A DNA stretch of 64,000 bases, from assembly GCA_963727445.1 (NCBI GenBank), contig CAVSGI010000018.1:1-64000 (forward strand), in the 5' to 3' direction. This document shows, piece by piece, positions 18,103 to 27,577 of this stretch. Numbering within the stretch: position 1 is the stretch's first letter; each line of letters opens with the position of its first letter. The stretch is from an uncultured delta proteobacterium. GTDB taxonomy: Bacteria; Myxococcota_A; Polyangia; Polyangiales; B10-G4. A program made the position numbers and the translations under genes. The notes beneath the pieces were generated by a model, which saw only the letters and a program-made list of their open reading frames with translations, made no database searches and was not told where the DNA came from.

Positions 18103-19797
18103 ATGTTGGGCCGACATCTCCGTACGCTGGTGACCGTATCCATCACCCTGTCGCTGGTCGGCTGTGACGGCCTCATCGGGGACCCCGGCGCTGCGCCCGG
18201 ATCCGGCCCGGGTGGCGGCAGCGGCCCCGGCAGCCTCGACGACCCGGGCGCGCTCTGCAACGCGGGCATCCCGGCGGTGGCGCCGCGGGGGCTGAGGCGC
18301 CTGACCCCAGAGCAGTACACCAACACCGTGCGGGATCTCCTCGGGGACCCCGGCTTCGCTCCGGACGTCGACGACACCGAGGAGATCATCACCGAGCGCG
18401 GCGTGCGCCAGTTCCGTACCGCCGCCGAGCTCGCGATCACCCGCCAGGCGCAGTGGACGCGCGCCGTCTTCCCCTGTGACACGAGCGGCGCCACCGATGA
18501 CGCCTGCGCCTCCGAGATGATCGATCAGCTCGGCGCCCGCGCCTTCCGCCGTCCCATCACCGAAGAGGAGCGCGCCTGGCTCGAGGGCGTCTACAGCGAC
18601 GCCGAGGCCGCCTTGTCCTTCTCGGAGGCCATGGAGGTGGTGGTGGAGGTGATCCTCGCGTCGCCCCAGATGCTCTACCTCCGCGAAGCCGGCACCACGG
18701 GCGATGGGCTGCCCGAAGGGATCCAGCAGCTCGACGACTACGAGCTCGCGAGCCGTCTGAGCTACTTCCTGTGGAACACCATGCCGGACGACGACCTCTT
18801 CGCCGCGGCCGCGGCCGGCGAGCTCTCCACCGGGGAAGGCCTCAGCACCCAGACCCAGCGTCTGCTCGAAGATCCGCGGGCCGAAGCGTCGATCCAGGGC
18901 TTCTTCTGGGACTGGATGCAGCTCGACGGCGGCCGACTCCATCACGCTCTCGAGGACGCCGACAAAGACGGCACCCTCTACCCCGAATACGGTCCCGAGC
19001 TTCGCGCGGCGATGCGCACCGAGCTCGAGGCCTTCATCCGCAAGATCGTCGTCGAAGAAGGGGGCAGCATGGAAGCGCTCTTCAACAACAACCGCGCCTA
19101 CGTGAACGGGCCCCTCGCCGAGCTCTACGGCGTCGAAGGCGGACCGACCGACGCCGACACCTGGCAGTGGGTGGAGCTGCCCGCGAGTCAGCGCGGCGGC
19201 CTGCTCACCCGCGCCGCGTTCCTGACGGTCTTCTCTGCCGCCAACGTGCAGTCGCCGATCCGGCGCGGCGTCTTCGTGGTCGAAGAGGTGCTGTGCAACG
19301 AGCTCGGCATGCCGCCCCCCAACGCGAGCGACGTGCCCGTCGAGGGCGGCACCGTGGACGGCGAGGTGCGCTCCGTGCGCCAGGACGTCGAGGCCCGCAC
19401 TTCGGGCGATGGATGCACCGCCTGCCACTCGGTGATCAACCCCATCGGCTTCACCTTCGAGGCCTACGACGCCATCGGTCGCTTCCAAACGGAGGAGGTG
19501 ACCACCGGCATGCCCATCGACTCCACCGGTCAGATCCAGGGCAGCGACGTCGACGGTCCGGTGAACGACGCCGTCGAGCTGAGCCGCGCGCTGGGCAACA
19601 GCGCCCGCGTTCGCGACTGTCTCGCGAACCGCTGGATGACCAAGGCGATCGGGCAGGAGCCCGGCACCCTCGACCAGTGCGCTCTCGACGCGGCGCGCGC
19701 ACGCTTCGCCGAGACCGGTACCCTGCGCGACCTGATCGTCGCCATCGTCCAGAGCGACTCCTTCCGCTACGTGAACACCGCGGCCGTGGCCGAGTGA
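18103..19797 (+). CDS. DUF1587/1595/1592/1588/1585 family lipoprotein
   Basis: Lipobox SLVGC; LRRLTPEQYTNTVRDLLG, RAFRRP, YELASRLSYFLWNTMPD, RGGLLT, SPIRRG, CTACH..INPIGFTFEAYDAIGR. Confidence 0.9.
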   Translation: MLGRHLRTLVTVSITLSLVGCDGLIGDPGAAPGSGPGGGSGPGSLDDPGALCNAGIPAVAPRGLRRLTPEQYTNTVRDLLGDPGFAPDVDDTEEIITERGVRQFRTAAELAITRQAQWTRAVFPCDTSGATDDACASEMIDQLGARAFRRPITEEERAWLEGVYSDAEAALSFSEAMEVVVEVILASPQMLYLREAGTTGDGLPEGIQQLDDYELASRLSYFLWNTMPDDDLFAAAAAGELSTGEGLSTQTQRLLEDPRAEASIQGFFWDWMQLDGGRLHHALEDADKDGTLYPEYGPELRAAMRTELEAFIRKIVVEEGGSMEALFNNNRAYVNGPLAELYGVEGGPTDADTWQWVELPASQRGGLLTRAAFLTVFSAANVQSPIRRGVFVVEEVLCNELGMPPPNASDVPVEGGTVDGEVRSVRQDVEARTSGDGCTACHSVINPIGFTFEAYDAIGRFQTEEVTTGMPIDSTGQIQGSDVDGPVNDAVELSRALGNSARVRDCLANRWMTKAIGQEPGTLDQCALDAARARFAETGTLRDLIVAIVQSDSFRYVNTAAVAE

Positions 19798-19824
19798 GGT
19801 CCATGGGCGCTACACTCCGTGAGC

Positions 19825-21507
19825 ATGGCTCGGCTCCTCGTCCTGGCTTGCGCGATGCTCGCCACCGGCGGGTGTCGCACCCATCCCGCGACTCAGGTCG
19901 TGGTGATCTTCCATGCGCAGGCGACGCTGAGGGCCACGGCCGAGTCGATCCACGTGCGGGTCAGCACCGGAAGCGGATCGGTGGTCTTCGACCAGACCAA
20001 CCCCGTGATGGCCGGCGGTGCGGGCACCCTCGCCCGCGTTCCGCTGGTCCCCGAAGGCGGCGACGCGAGCCGCACCTTCGAGGTCTTCGCCGAGCTCATC
20101 GGCCCGATGGACGTCCTCGCCGAGGCACGCGCGGTGGGGGGATACGAACGAAACACGCTCCGCGAAATCCACGTCTGGTTCGACGACGGATGCGCGGGGG
20201 TCAGCTGCGGCGACGGGCGCACCTGCGATCGGGGAGTGTGCCTCGGAGCCTGCTTCGACGGCGCCGAGCCGGGCGCGGAGGAGCGCAGCAGCCCCACCTG
20301 CAGCGAGTGTGAGGACTGCCTCGGCGGAAGCTGCGCGCCACGCCCCGACGGAAGTGAATGCGGCTGCCCGGGCAGTGATCAATGCGTCAGCGGTGCCTGC
20401 ACCACCGACCATCCCATCGCGTACGTCAGCGGCGGCCACGTTCACACGTGCGCGGCCGAGCGTGGGGACAGCCTCTACTGCTGGGGCTCGAACCGCGTCG
20501 GTCAGCTGGGCACGGGCGGCAGCGCGACCAACGTTCCCGAGCTGGTGTCCCTCGGCTCCCTGGCCAGTGGCTCCGCGGCCACCGACCACACCTGCTGGCT
20601 GCAGTTCACCGGTGATCGTCATTGCTGGGGCTGGCGAGGCAACGGTCAGCTCGGTGACGGAAGTGACGCCAGCGAGCGCGTCGACACGCCCGAGGCCCCG
20701 TCGACCGCAGAGCCGGAGTGGGAGAAGATCGACTCCGGCTGGTACACGAGCTGCGGCCTGACCACCGATGGCGAGATCTGGTGCTGGGGCACGAACATGG
20801 CGGGCGAGTGCGGCGTGGACCCCATGATGGAGGACCACCTCGTTTCACCGCATCTCGTCAGCGACACCATGCACTTCATCGACGTGAGCGTCGGCGGTTT
20901 CCACTCGTGCGGGATCGCGGACGATGGTGCGCTCTACTGCTGGGGGCTCAACGGGTCGGGAGAGCTCGGCGTCGGGGACTTCGACGACCGCTTCGAGCCC
21001 ACCCGCGCGGGCTGCACCGCCGAAGGATGCTTTTCCGACTGGACGGCGGTGGGCGCCGGCGACTTCCACACCTGCGGCATTCGTGACGGTGGCCGGCTCT
21101 TCTGCTGGGGCGGCGGGCTCAACGGTCAGCTAGGAATCGGGGTCGTACCGGAGACCAATCTCAACTACGCGTCCCCGGTCGAAGGGAGCTGGATCGCGGT
21201 GGCGGGAGGGGCGTCGCACACCTGTGCCATCGCCGAGGACGAGACCCTGTGGTGCTGGGGCAAGAACGAGAATGGCCAGCTCGGTCTGGGTGACGTTGCG
21301 CGTCGTGAAGCGCCCGAGCGGGTGACCATTCCGGGAGGAGACGGCTTCCTCCGGCTCGGCGTCGGACGCGAGCACACCTGCGTGGTACGTCGCGACGAGA
21401 CGCTTTGGTGTTGGGGCTGGAACGAAGACGGCCAGCTCGGCCTCGGCTTCACCACCGCGGCCGGGGAGGTTCCCGTCGCCGGGCCCAGGCGCGTCTGCTT
21501 TCCCTGA
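19825..21507 (+). CDS. RCC1/BLIP-II repeat lipoprotein
   Basis: Lipobox ATGGC; Cys-rich linker; repeated HTC..LYCWGxNxxGQLG motifs. Confidence 0.88.
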   Translation: MARLLVLACAMLATGGCRTHPATQVVVIFHAQATLRATAESIHVRVSTGSGSVVFDQTNPVMAGGAGTLARVPLVPEGGDASRTFEVFAELIGPMDVLAEARAVGGYERNTLREIHVWFDDGCAGVSCGDGRTCDRGVCLGACFDGAEPGAEERSSPTCSECEDCLGGSCAPRPDGSECGCPGSDQCVSGACTTDHPIAYVSGGHVHTCAAERGDSLYCWGSNRVGQLGTGGSATNVPELVSLGSLASGSAATDHTCWLQFTGDRHCWGWRGNGQLGDGSDASERVDTPEAPSTAEPEWEKIDSGWYTSCGLTTDGEIWCWGTNMAGECGVDPMMEDHLVSPHLVSDTMHFIDVSVGGFHSCGIADDGALYCWGLNGSGELGVGDFDDRFEPTRAGCTAEGCFSDWTAVGAGDFHTCGIRDGGRLFCWGGGLNGQLGIGVVPETNLNYASPVEGSWIAVAGGASHTCAIAEDETLWCWGKNENGQLGLGDVARREAPERVTIPGGDGFLRLGVGREHTCVVRRDETLWCWGWNEDGQLGLGFTTAAGEVPVAGPRRVCFP

Positions 21508-21515
21508 TACGAGCG

Positions 21516-22892
21516 TCAGTCGTGAATCGTGGGCTCGGAGAAGGTCGTGTCCTCGACGGCGTAGCGCACCTTGCGCCCCTCCTTCGTCGCCAGGCACGCG
21601 CCGTCTGCGCTCAGGTCCGCGAGCGCCTGCTGGGCCACGCGAAGAGAGACACCGACCGCCTTGGCGACGTCCTGCGCGGTGGCGCCGCCCTGGCTGGCGA
21701 TGGCACGCAGTAGCCGGTCTTGCATCGGCTTCGCGCAGCGCGGATCCGGCACCAGCACCGGCGTCTCGAGGGCGAGCACCACGCGCCCCGCGCCGTGATC
21801 GATGGTGCCGGCTTCGCCCAGATACTCGCGCGCGCGGTGCACGCAGACGCCGAAGACGCCGCGGTGCATCTCCGCCTGGTAGTCGAACTCGTAGACCTCG
21901 CCGAACGCCTCCTCCTCGCTCATCCCCTTCGGGCCTGCGAGCGCCAGCGCAGAGATCAGCGTCTCGTTGCGGCCCTGCTTTCGCCGTCCCTGGGGGAGCA
22001 CCGTCATCCCGCGGCGATCGACGAGTCCCCATCCCACGCGACAGACGCGACGCCCCGCGCCCCCGGGATGGGCAGCCACGTAGGCGATGGCGGTCTCGCC
22101 GGCGGGTGCGCTGCCGGCGCGGGTCAACAGGCCGTGAAGCGTCGGCGGCGAGTCGTGGGTCTCGCCCGCGCACCAGGCGCGCACCTCGTCCGAGGTCGGC
22201 GTGCGGGTGAGGTCGCACGCCTCGAGGATCGCGCTGACCTCCCGTGCCAGCGACGGCCAGGGGACGATCGCCGTCAGCTCGGCCGCCGCCGATCCGAAGG
22301 CGGCCACGTCGGCGGCTTCGCCCGCCGCGAGCGTGCGGGCGAGCGCGTGGGACGCCACTCCCAGAGGACCCGGCTGGCTCGCGCGGAGCGGCTCGGTGGC
22401 TTCGCCGAAGGCGCCAGAGAGCAGGAGCTCCCACGCGAGCCACGCTTGATAGCGCGCCGGCGCGACGCGGGCGATCGACGTGAGGATCCGCGTCGCGAGA
22501 TGCGGATGACCCGTGAGGCGTCGAACGCGCGCCAGCACCAGATGGGCGCTGTACTCCTGCTCGGGGATCGCCTCGGTTCGGGCCATGCGGGAGGCGCGGC
22601 GCGAAAGGACGCGGGCCTCCTCGAGGTCTCCCTCTGCCGCCTTGGCGAGGGCCCGCAGAGCCGCGGCCTCGATCACCATCACGGGGTCGCGCGCGGCGCC
22701 GGCGTCTCTCTCCAGCGCTTCTGCCGCGAGGGCCGCTCCGGCCGAATCCCCCCGCAGCCAAAGGCCGAATGCCCGGGCCCAGGCCTGGATCGGCCCCGCC
22801 GCCGATGCCGCCGTGCGCGCGAGCCCATCGGCATCGAAAGTGAAGGCCGCTCGGTTGGCGAGGGCGAATGCGGCGGGATCGACCTGGGCCAC
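21516..22892 (-). CDS. Hypothetical regulator: TPR-like helices followed by winged-helix-like domains
   Basis: GTG start at 22892; FGVCVHRAREYLG resembles the OmpR/SARP recognition helix; C-terminal TAQDVAKAVGVSLRVAQQALADL..GRKVRY is a wHTH. Confidence 0.65.
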   Translation of the reverse strand: MAQVDPAAFALANRAAFTFDADGLARTAASAAGPIQAWARAFGLWLRGDSAGAALAAEALERDAGAARDPVMVIEAAALRALAKAAEGDLEEARVLSRRASRMARTEAIPEQEYSAHLVLARVRRLTGHPHLATRILTSIARVAPARYQAWLAWELLLSGAFGEATEPLRASQPGPLGVASHALARTLAAGEAADVAAFGSAAAELTAIVPWPSLAREVSAILEACDLTRTPTSDEVRAWCAGETHDSPPTLHGLLTRAGSAPAGETAIAYVAAHPGGAGRRVCRVGWGLVDRRGMTVLPQGRRKQGRNETLISALALAGPKGMSEEEAFGEVYEFDYQAEMHRGVFGVCVHRAREYLGEAGTIDHGAGRVVLALETPVLVPDPRCAKPMQDRLLRAIASQGGATAQDVAKAVGVSLRVAQQALADLSADGACLATKEGRKVRYAVEDTTFSEPTIHD

Positions 22893-22900
22893 GCGGCGAG

Positions 22901-22910
22901 ATTGTATAGT
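22901..22910. promoter_or_regulatory. Overlapping bidirectional -10 elements
   Basis: TATAGT (+, 22905-10) lies 6 nt before GTG 22917; TACAAT (-, 22906-01) lies 8 nt before GTG 22892. Confidence 0.65.
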
Positions 22911-22916
22911 ACGCCG

Positions 22917-24347
22917 GTGACCACTGGGACGCGCGAGATCGCTACGGGCTATCGGACGATCTGCGATCTGGCGAGCGGGGGGATGGGGCTGGTGGAGCTC
23001 GCCATCCGCGAGGAGGGGCGCTTTCGTCGTCTCTATGCGGTCAAGCGCCTTCGCGACTCCTACCGGGACGACCCGGACTTTCGCGAGATGTTCCTGGAGG
23101 AGGCGCGGATCGCAGGCCTGATCCGCCATCCGAACGTGGTCAGCGTGCTCGACGTCGGCGAGGACGAGCGCGGGCCGTTTCTGGTGATGGACTACGTGGA
23201 GGGGACGAGCGCAGCACAGATCATCGAGCGCGCCTCGGTCGCGGGCCGGGAGGTCCCGATGCAAGTCGCCCTCCGCATCGTCATGGACACGGCGAACGGG
23301 CTGCACGCGGCCCACGAGCTCTGTGACGCACGGGGGCGTGCCATGAGCCTGGTGCATCGAGACGTCTCGCCGCAGAACCTCCTGGTCGGCTACGACGGCG
23401 CCACCCGCGTCACGGATTTCGGGATCGCCAAGGCTTGGGGACGCACGACGCGAACGGCGACCGGCGTGCTCAAGGGCAAGTTCGGCTACCTCTCGCCCGA
23501 GCAGCTCCGCTTCGACGAGCCGGACCGGCGGTCGGACATCTTCTCTCTCGGCGTCGTCCTCTACGAGCTCTTGAGCGGCGCGCGTCTCTACAAGAACAAG
23601 GCCGGCATGGACGGTGCGCGACGCATTCTCAAGGAGCCGCCGCCCGACCTGGGCGAGGTGCGCGACGACGTTCCGGCCGAGCTGATCGAGCTGTCCTTCT
23701 CGATGCTGGCCAAGGATCCCAGCCATCGCCCCGACGACGCCCTGTCCGTGGCCCGCAAGCTCGAGGCGATTCTCGCCGAGCTCGCCGCGCTCGAGGGCCG
23801 CGTCGAGGTGGCCGACTTCGTGAGCGAGGCCTTCGCCGAGGAGCGTCAAAACCAGGCCGACCGCGTCACCGGCGCCATCGCGTCGGCGACGGGCAAGCTC
23901 GCGCTCCCCGCCACCAATCCGGCGCGGCCCTCGGCGCGCCTTCGGGTGGTGGCGGAAGCGAGCCCGCCGGCCGAGCGGAGCAGCCGCCTGTTGCCCATGA
24001 TCGCTGTCGCGGGGGTGATCGGGGTGGGCGCGGCGGTGGGCGTGATCCTCGCCACCCGCGCGGGATCCGGCGGGGCTGCTGCGCCGGAGGAGCCGCCGGC
24101 GTCCGTCGCGAGCGAGCCGCCGAGCGACACCCCGGCGCAGGATCCAGAGGCGGCGGGCGACGAGCCCGAAGTCGCGGTGATGACACCCGAGTACGCCGCG
24201 GACGAGGAAGAGACGGCGGCGGCCGAGGAAGAGACCGCCGACAGGGCGCCTTCGCCCATGCGTCGCGGCGCGCGCATGCGCCGGTCGATGCGACCGGCCG
24301 AGACCACCTCGTCGATGGGCGGCGTACCGATGTGGGATTGGCAGTGA
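22917..24347 (+). CDS. Hanks-type Ser/Thr protein kinase with TM helix
   Basis: LASGGMG, AVKRL, HPNVV, VHRDVSPQN, DFGIAK, GKFGYLSPEQ, DIFSLG; TM helix near the C-terminus. Confidence 0.93.
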   Translation: MTTGTREIATGYRTICDLASGGMGLVELAIREEGRFRRLYAVKRLRDSYRDDPDFREMFLEEARIAGLIRHPNVVSVLDVGEDERGPFLVMDYVEGTSAAQIIERASVAGREVPMQVALRIVMDTANGLHAAHELCDARGRAMSLVHRDVSPQNLLVGYDGATRVTDFGIAKAWGRTTRTATGVLKGKFGYLSPEQLRFDEPDRRSDIFSLGVVLYELLSGARLYKNKAGMDGARRILKEPPPDLGEVRDDVPAELIELSFSMLAKDPSHRPDDALSVARKLEAILAELAALEGRVEVADFVSEAFAEERQNQADRVTGAIASATGKLALPATNPARPSARLRVVAEASPPAERSSRLLPMIAVAGVIGVGAAVGVILATRAGSGGAAAPEEPPASVASEPPSDTPAQDPEAAGDEPEVAVMTPEYAADEEETAAAEEETADRAPSPMRRGARMRRSMRPAETTSSMGGVPMWDWQ

Positions 24348-25276
24348 AGCGGCTGTCGTGGGCGCTGATGGCCGTGACCTTGGTCCTCTCGGCGGGGGTC
24401 GCCCGCGCACAGAGCCGCGAGGACCGCGAGGCGCGGCGTCTCTTCGAGGAGGCCAACACCGCGCTCGAGAGCGGGCGCTTCGCGGTGGCGCGCAATCTCT
24501 TGCGCCGCTCGCTGAGCCTCGGTCCCAACGCGGCCTCCGCCTTCAACCTGGGCGTGGCCTTGCGCGGCACGGGGGAGACGCTGGCGGCGGTGGCCGTCTT
24601 CGAGGGGCTCCTCGAAGGCGAGCGCGGCGAGATCTCGGCGGGGCAACGACGCGAGGTGCAGCGTCTGCTCCGCGAGACGCGCGCCGAGATCGCCGTCCTG
24701 CACGTTCACGTGGAGGGTGCCGAGACGATCGAGGTGCGCGTCGATGGGGAACGCGTCGCCGAGGCTTCGGACGGAGAGACGATCGAGCATCAGGTCGACC
24801 CGGGTGAGCACGTCGTCACCGCCACGGCGCCCCGGCGACAGACCGAGGAGCGACGGATCGAGCTCGACCGCGGCAGCTCACGCCGGTTGAGCCTCGCGCT
24901 CGAGATGAGCGCCGACGCGCGCCTGGGCACGCTGGTGGTCGAAGCGGTGGATCCCGACGACGTGCTCGAGATCGTCGGGGTCGCGCGTGGCAGCGGGACG
25001 CTTTCCCGCGATCTCGAGCCCGGCGCTTACGAGGTGGTGGTCTCGGGGCCCGCGGGGCGACGGGAATCGACCGTCGATCTCGACGCGGGGACCACGCTGC
25101 GTGTGCGCCTCGAGGCGGACTCGGGGAGCGTGCTCGGGAGCCCCTGGCTCTGGACCGGGGTCGGCCTGGTGGTCGTGGGCCTGGTGGTGGGAGGCCTGTT
25201 CCTCTTCGTCGAGGGCGAGGACGCGCCGGTCAACGACCCGGTCTACGGCGTGATCACCACGCTCTCGGGACCCTGA
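24344..25276 (+). CDS. TPR + PEGA domain protein with signal peptide and C-terminal TM helix
   Basis: GTGA overlap with the kinase stop; EARRLFEEA..FNLGVAL TPR; VDPGEHVVTATAP PEGA; SPWLWTGVG anchor. Confidence 0.82.
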   Translation: MKRLSWALMAVTLVLSAGVARAQSREDREARRLFEEANTALESGRFAVARNLLRRSLSLGPNAASAFNLGVALRGTGETLAAVAVFEGLLEGERGEISAGQRREVQRLLRETRAEIAVLHVHVEGAETIEVRVDGERVAEASDGETIEHQVDPGEHVVTATAPRRQTEERRIELDRGSSRRLSLALEMSADARLGTLVVEAVDPDDVLEIVGVARGSGTLSRDLEPGAYEVVVSGPAGRRESTVDLDAGTTLRVRLEADSGSVLGSPWLWTGVGLVVVGLVVGGLFLFVEGEDAPVNDPVYGVITTLSGP

Positions 25277-25346
25277 TCTGTCGCTTTCGCACCGCGTCTG
25301 TGGTCTCGAGACGACAGGTGCGGTCGCGCTTCTTCGGGCGCCTTCG

Positions 25347-25363
25347 AGGGCACGCTCCTTGCG
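25347..25363 (+). promoter_or_regulatory. Putative sigma-54 (-24/-12) promoter
   Basis: GG-CACGCTCCTT-GC (GG at 25349-50, GC at 25361-62), matching GGCACG-N4-TTGC. Confidence 0.5.
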
Positions 25364-25375
25364 GTGCACGGAGCC

Positions 25376-27577
25376 ATGCCTTCCCACCTCTCTTCGCTCG
25401 CGCTCATCGTCTGCTCGTTTTCGCTGATGCCCGCCTGCGGTGGCGGGGGCGCCGTTGTCGAGGAGGCGCCGTCGCGCGTCGTTCTGTACCGCAACGGCGT
25501 CGGCTATTTCGAACGCGACGCGGAGGTGCACGACGGACGGCTCGACCTGGCGGTTCGCAATCACGAGCTGGACGACGTGCTGAGCACACTGGCGGTGGTG
25601 GGACGCGGGGAGGGCGCCGAGGTGGTGCCGGTGGCGGCGCTCCCGGCGCCGGCCGAAGAAGACGAAGCGCCCGATTGGGTGCATCACCTTCGCTTCGCCG
25701 TGGGCCAGGGCGCGCGCAGGGTCCGTGTGGCCTGGGCGACCCAGACGCCGGCCTGGCGCGTCAGCTACCGCCTGGTGCTCGGCGACGCGACGGGCGCCCC
25801 TGGACACCTGAGCGGTTGGGCCGTGGTCGACAACACCACCGCCGAGGACTGGCGCGGCATCCAGCTCACCCTGGCGACCGCGGAACCATCGAGCTTCGCG
25901 GTGGACCTGCGCACGCCGCGTTACGTCGCGCGCCCAGACGTCACAGGCTATATCGCGCCGCGGATCGCGGCAGGGCCGGTCTTCGCAGAGCGCGTCGCGC
26001 GAGACGACAACGTGGATCGCGACGGGGACGGGATCCTCGACGTGGACGACGTGTGTCCAGACGACGCGGAGCAGTACAACGGTATGCAGGACGAGGACGG
26101 CTGTCCGGATCGGGGCGCGGTGATGATCGAGTCGGCGGCGCTCCAGATCCTCGAAGCCGTCTACTTCGACGATGGATCGACCGAGGTGGGGTCCGCGTCG
26201 CGGGCCATCCTGGAAGCGGTGGCGGCGACGCTTCAGGGCAATCCCGAGATCCACGCCGAGATCCACGGCCACGCCGACGCGCGCGAAACCGAGGGCTACC
26301 GCCTCGCCGCGGAGCGCGCCGGCGCGGTGCGCCAGGCGCTGGCGGAGATGGGCGTCGACCCGACGCGCCTCACGGTGCGCAGCTTCGGAGCGACCCAGCC
26401 CCTCGATCCCCGAAACACGCGCGAGGCCCACGCCCACAACCGCCGCGTCACGTTCTCGGTCGAGCGGCCCGCCGAACGCACGCCTGCCGGCACGGGCATC
26501 GACGCGGCGGCGATGGCGCGCGCCGTCCGCGGGCAGTCGGTCGCCCGAACCGGTATCGGCGGCACGCGCTACACCATCCAGCGCCCCATCGACGTGCCCG
26601 CCGGGCGTTCGGTCCTGGCGCTTGCCGTGAGTCTCGAGGTGCCCGCCGAGGAGCTCTACCTCTTCCGCCCCACGGGCGAAGTCGAGGGCAGCGACGTCCA
26701 TCCCTTCCGCGCGGCGCAGGTTCAAAACGATGCAGACGTGGATCTGGTCCCCGGGCCGGTGGCGCTGTACGGGCACGGGCGTCTCCTCGGGCAGGGGATG
26801 ATCGGAGGTCTGCGCGGCGGCGAAGACGTCGTGATCCCCTGGGCACTCGACGACGCTACCGAGATCACCCGCACCACCAGTGACACCGCGACGCCCCAGG
26901 CGATCCTCTCCGTCTCCGCAGCCCGCGCGGTCCTCCGCAGCCAGGTCGAGCGTCGGGTCGTCTATCGGGTGCGGGTCGGACGGCATGCGCCGCGTCGCAT
27001 GCTGATCCGCCACGCGCTGCACGCCGGCGCGGAGCTCTACGACCCGCCCCCCGGCACCGAGAGCGGCGCTGGCGACGTCTCCATGGTGCCGCTCCCCATC
27101 GCCAGCGGCGAGACGAGCACTCTCACGCTCGTCGAGCGCTGGCACGTCGACCGAACCATCGACCTGCGCACCGACATCGACGCCGACCTAGAGCCCTTCC
27201 TGGCCGGCACCTCCATGACCGCGGCGGAGCGCGCTCGCTTCGAGGAGATCCGCGCCGACCGCACGGCGCTCCGCCGAAGCGCCGCCCAGAGCCGCGCGCT
27301 TCGCCGCCGGCTCGACGAGCACGGCATTCGCACTGCCGAGCTGCGCGCAGCCCTCGATGCGCTACCCGAGGGCGCGGCCGTCGCCGCGGTGCGGAGGCGA
27401 CTCGCGGCTCATCTCTTGTCAGCGGTGAACGACGGCGAAGCAATCAGCGCCGAGCTCGCGTCCATCCGCGCGGCGGAGGTCGAGGCGCGCGGGCGCCTCC
27501 GCGCCGCCAACGCGGCCTTCGTCTGGCCTGCGCCGGTCAGTGGCCCGGTGGCTGCTCACGGCCCGCAGGCCGAGTAG
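25376..27577 (+). CDS. DUF4139-type lipoprotein with inserted TSP3-like repeat and OmpA peptidoglycan-binding domain
   Basis: Lipobox LMPAC; RVVLYRNGVGYFER, WRVSYRL, GWAVVDNTTAEDW; DRDGDGILDVDDVCPD..DEDGCPD; IHGHAD..LAAERAGAV..NRRVTF. Confidence 0.8.
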   Translation: MPSHLSSLALIVCSFSLMPACGGGGAVVEEAPSRVVLYRNGVGYFERDAEVHDGRLDLAVRNHELDDVLSTLAVVGRGEGAEVVPVAALPAPAEEDEAPDWVHHLRFAVGQGARRVRVAWATQTPAWRVSYRLVLGDATGAPGHLSGWAVVDNTTAEDWRGIQLTLATAEPSSFAVDLRTPRYVARPDVTGYIAPRIAAGPVFAERVARDDNVDRDGDGILDVDDVCPDDAEQYNGMQDEDGCPDRGAVMIESAALQILEAVYFDDGSTEVGSASRAILEAVAATLQGNPEIHAEIHGHADARETEGYRLAAERAGAVRQALAEMGVDPTRLTVRSFGATQPLDPRNTREAHAHNRRVTFSVERPAERTPAGTGIDAAAMARAVRGQSVARTGIGGTRYTIQRPIDVPAGRSVLALAVSLEVPAEELYLFRPTGEVEGSDVHPFRAAQVQNDADVDLVPGPVALYGHGRLLGQGMIGGLRGGEDVVIPWALDDATEITRTTSDTATPQAILSVSAARAVLRSQVERRVVYRVRVGRHAPRRMLIRHALHAGAELYDPPPGTESGAGDVSMVPLPIASGETSTLTLVERWHVDRTIDLRTDIDADLEPFLAGTSMTAAERARFEEIRADRTALRRSAAQSRALRRRLDEHGIRTAELRAALDALPEGAAVAAVRRRLAAHLLSAVNDGEAISAELASIRAAEVEARGRLRAANAAFVWPAPVSGPVAAHGPQAE

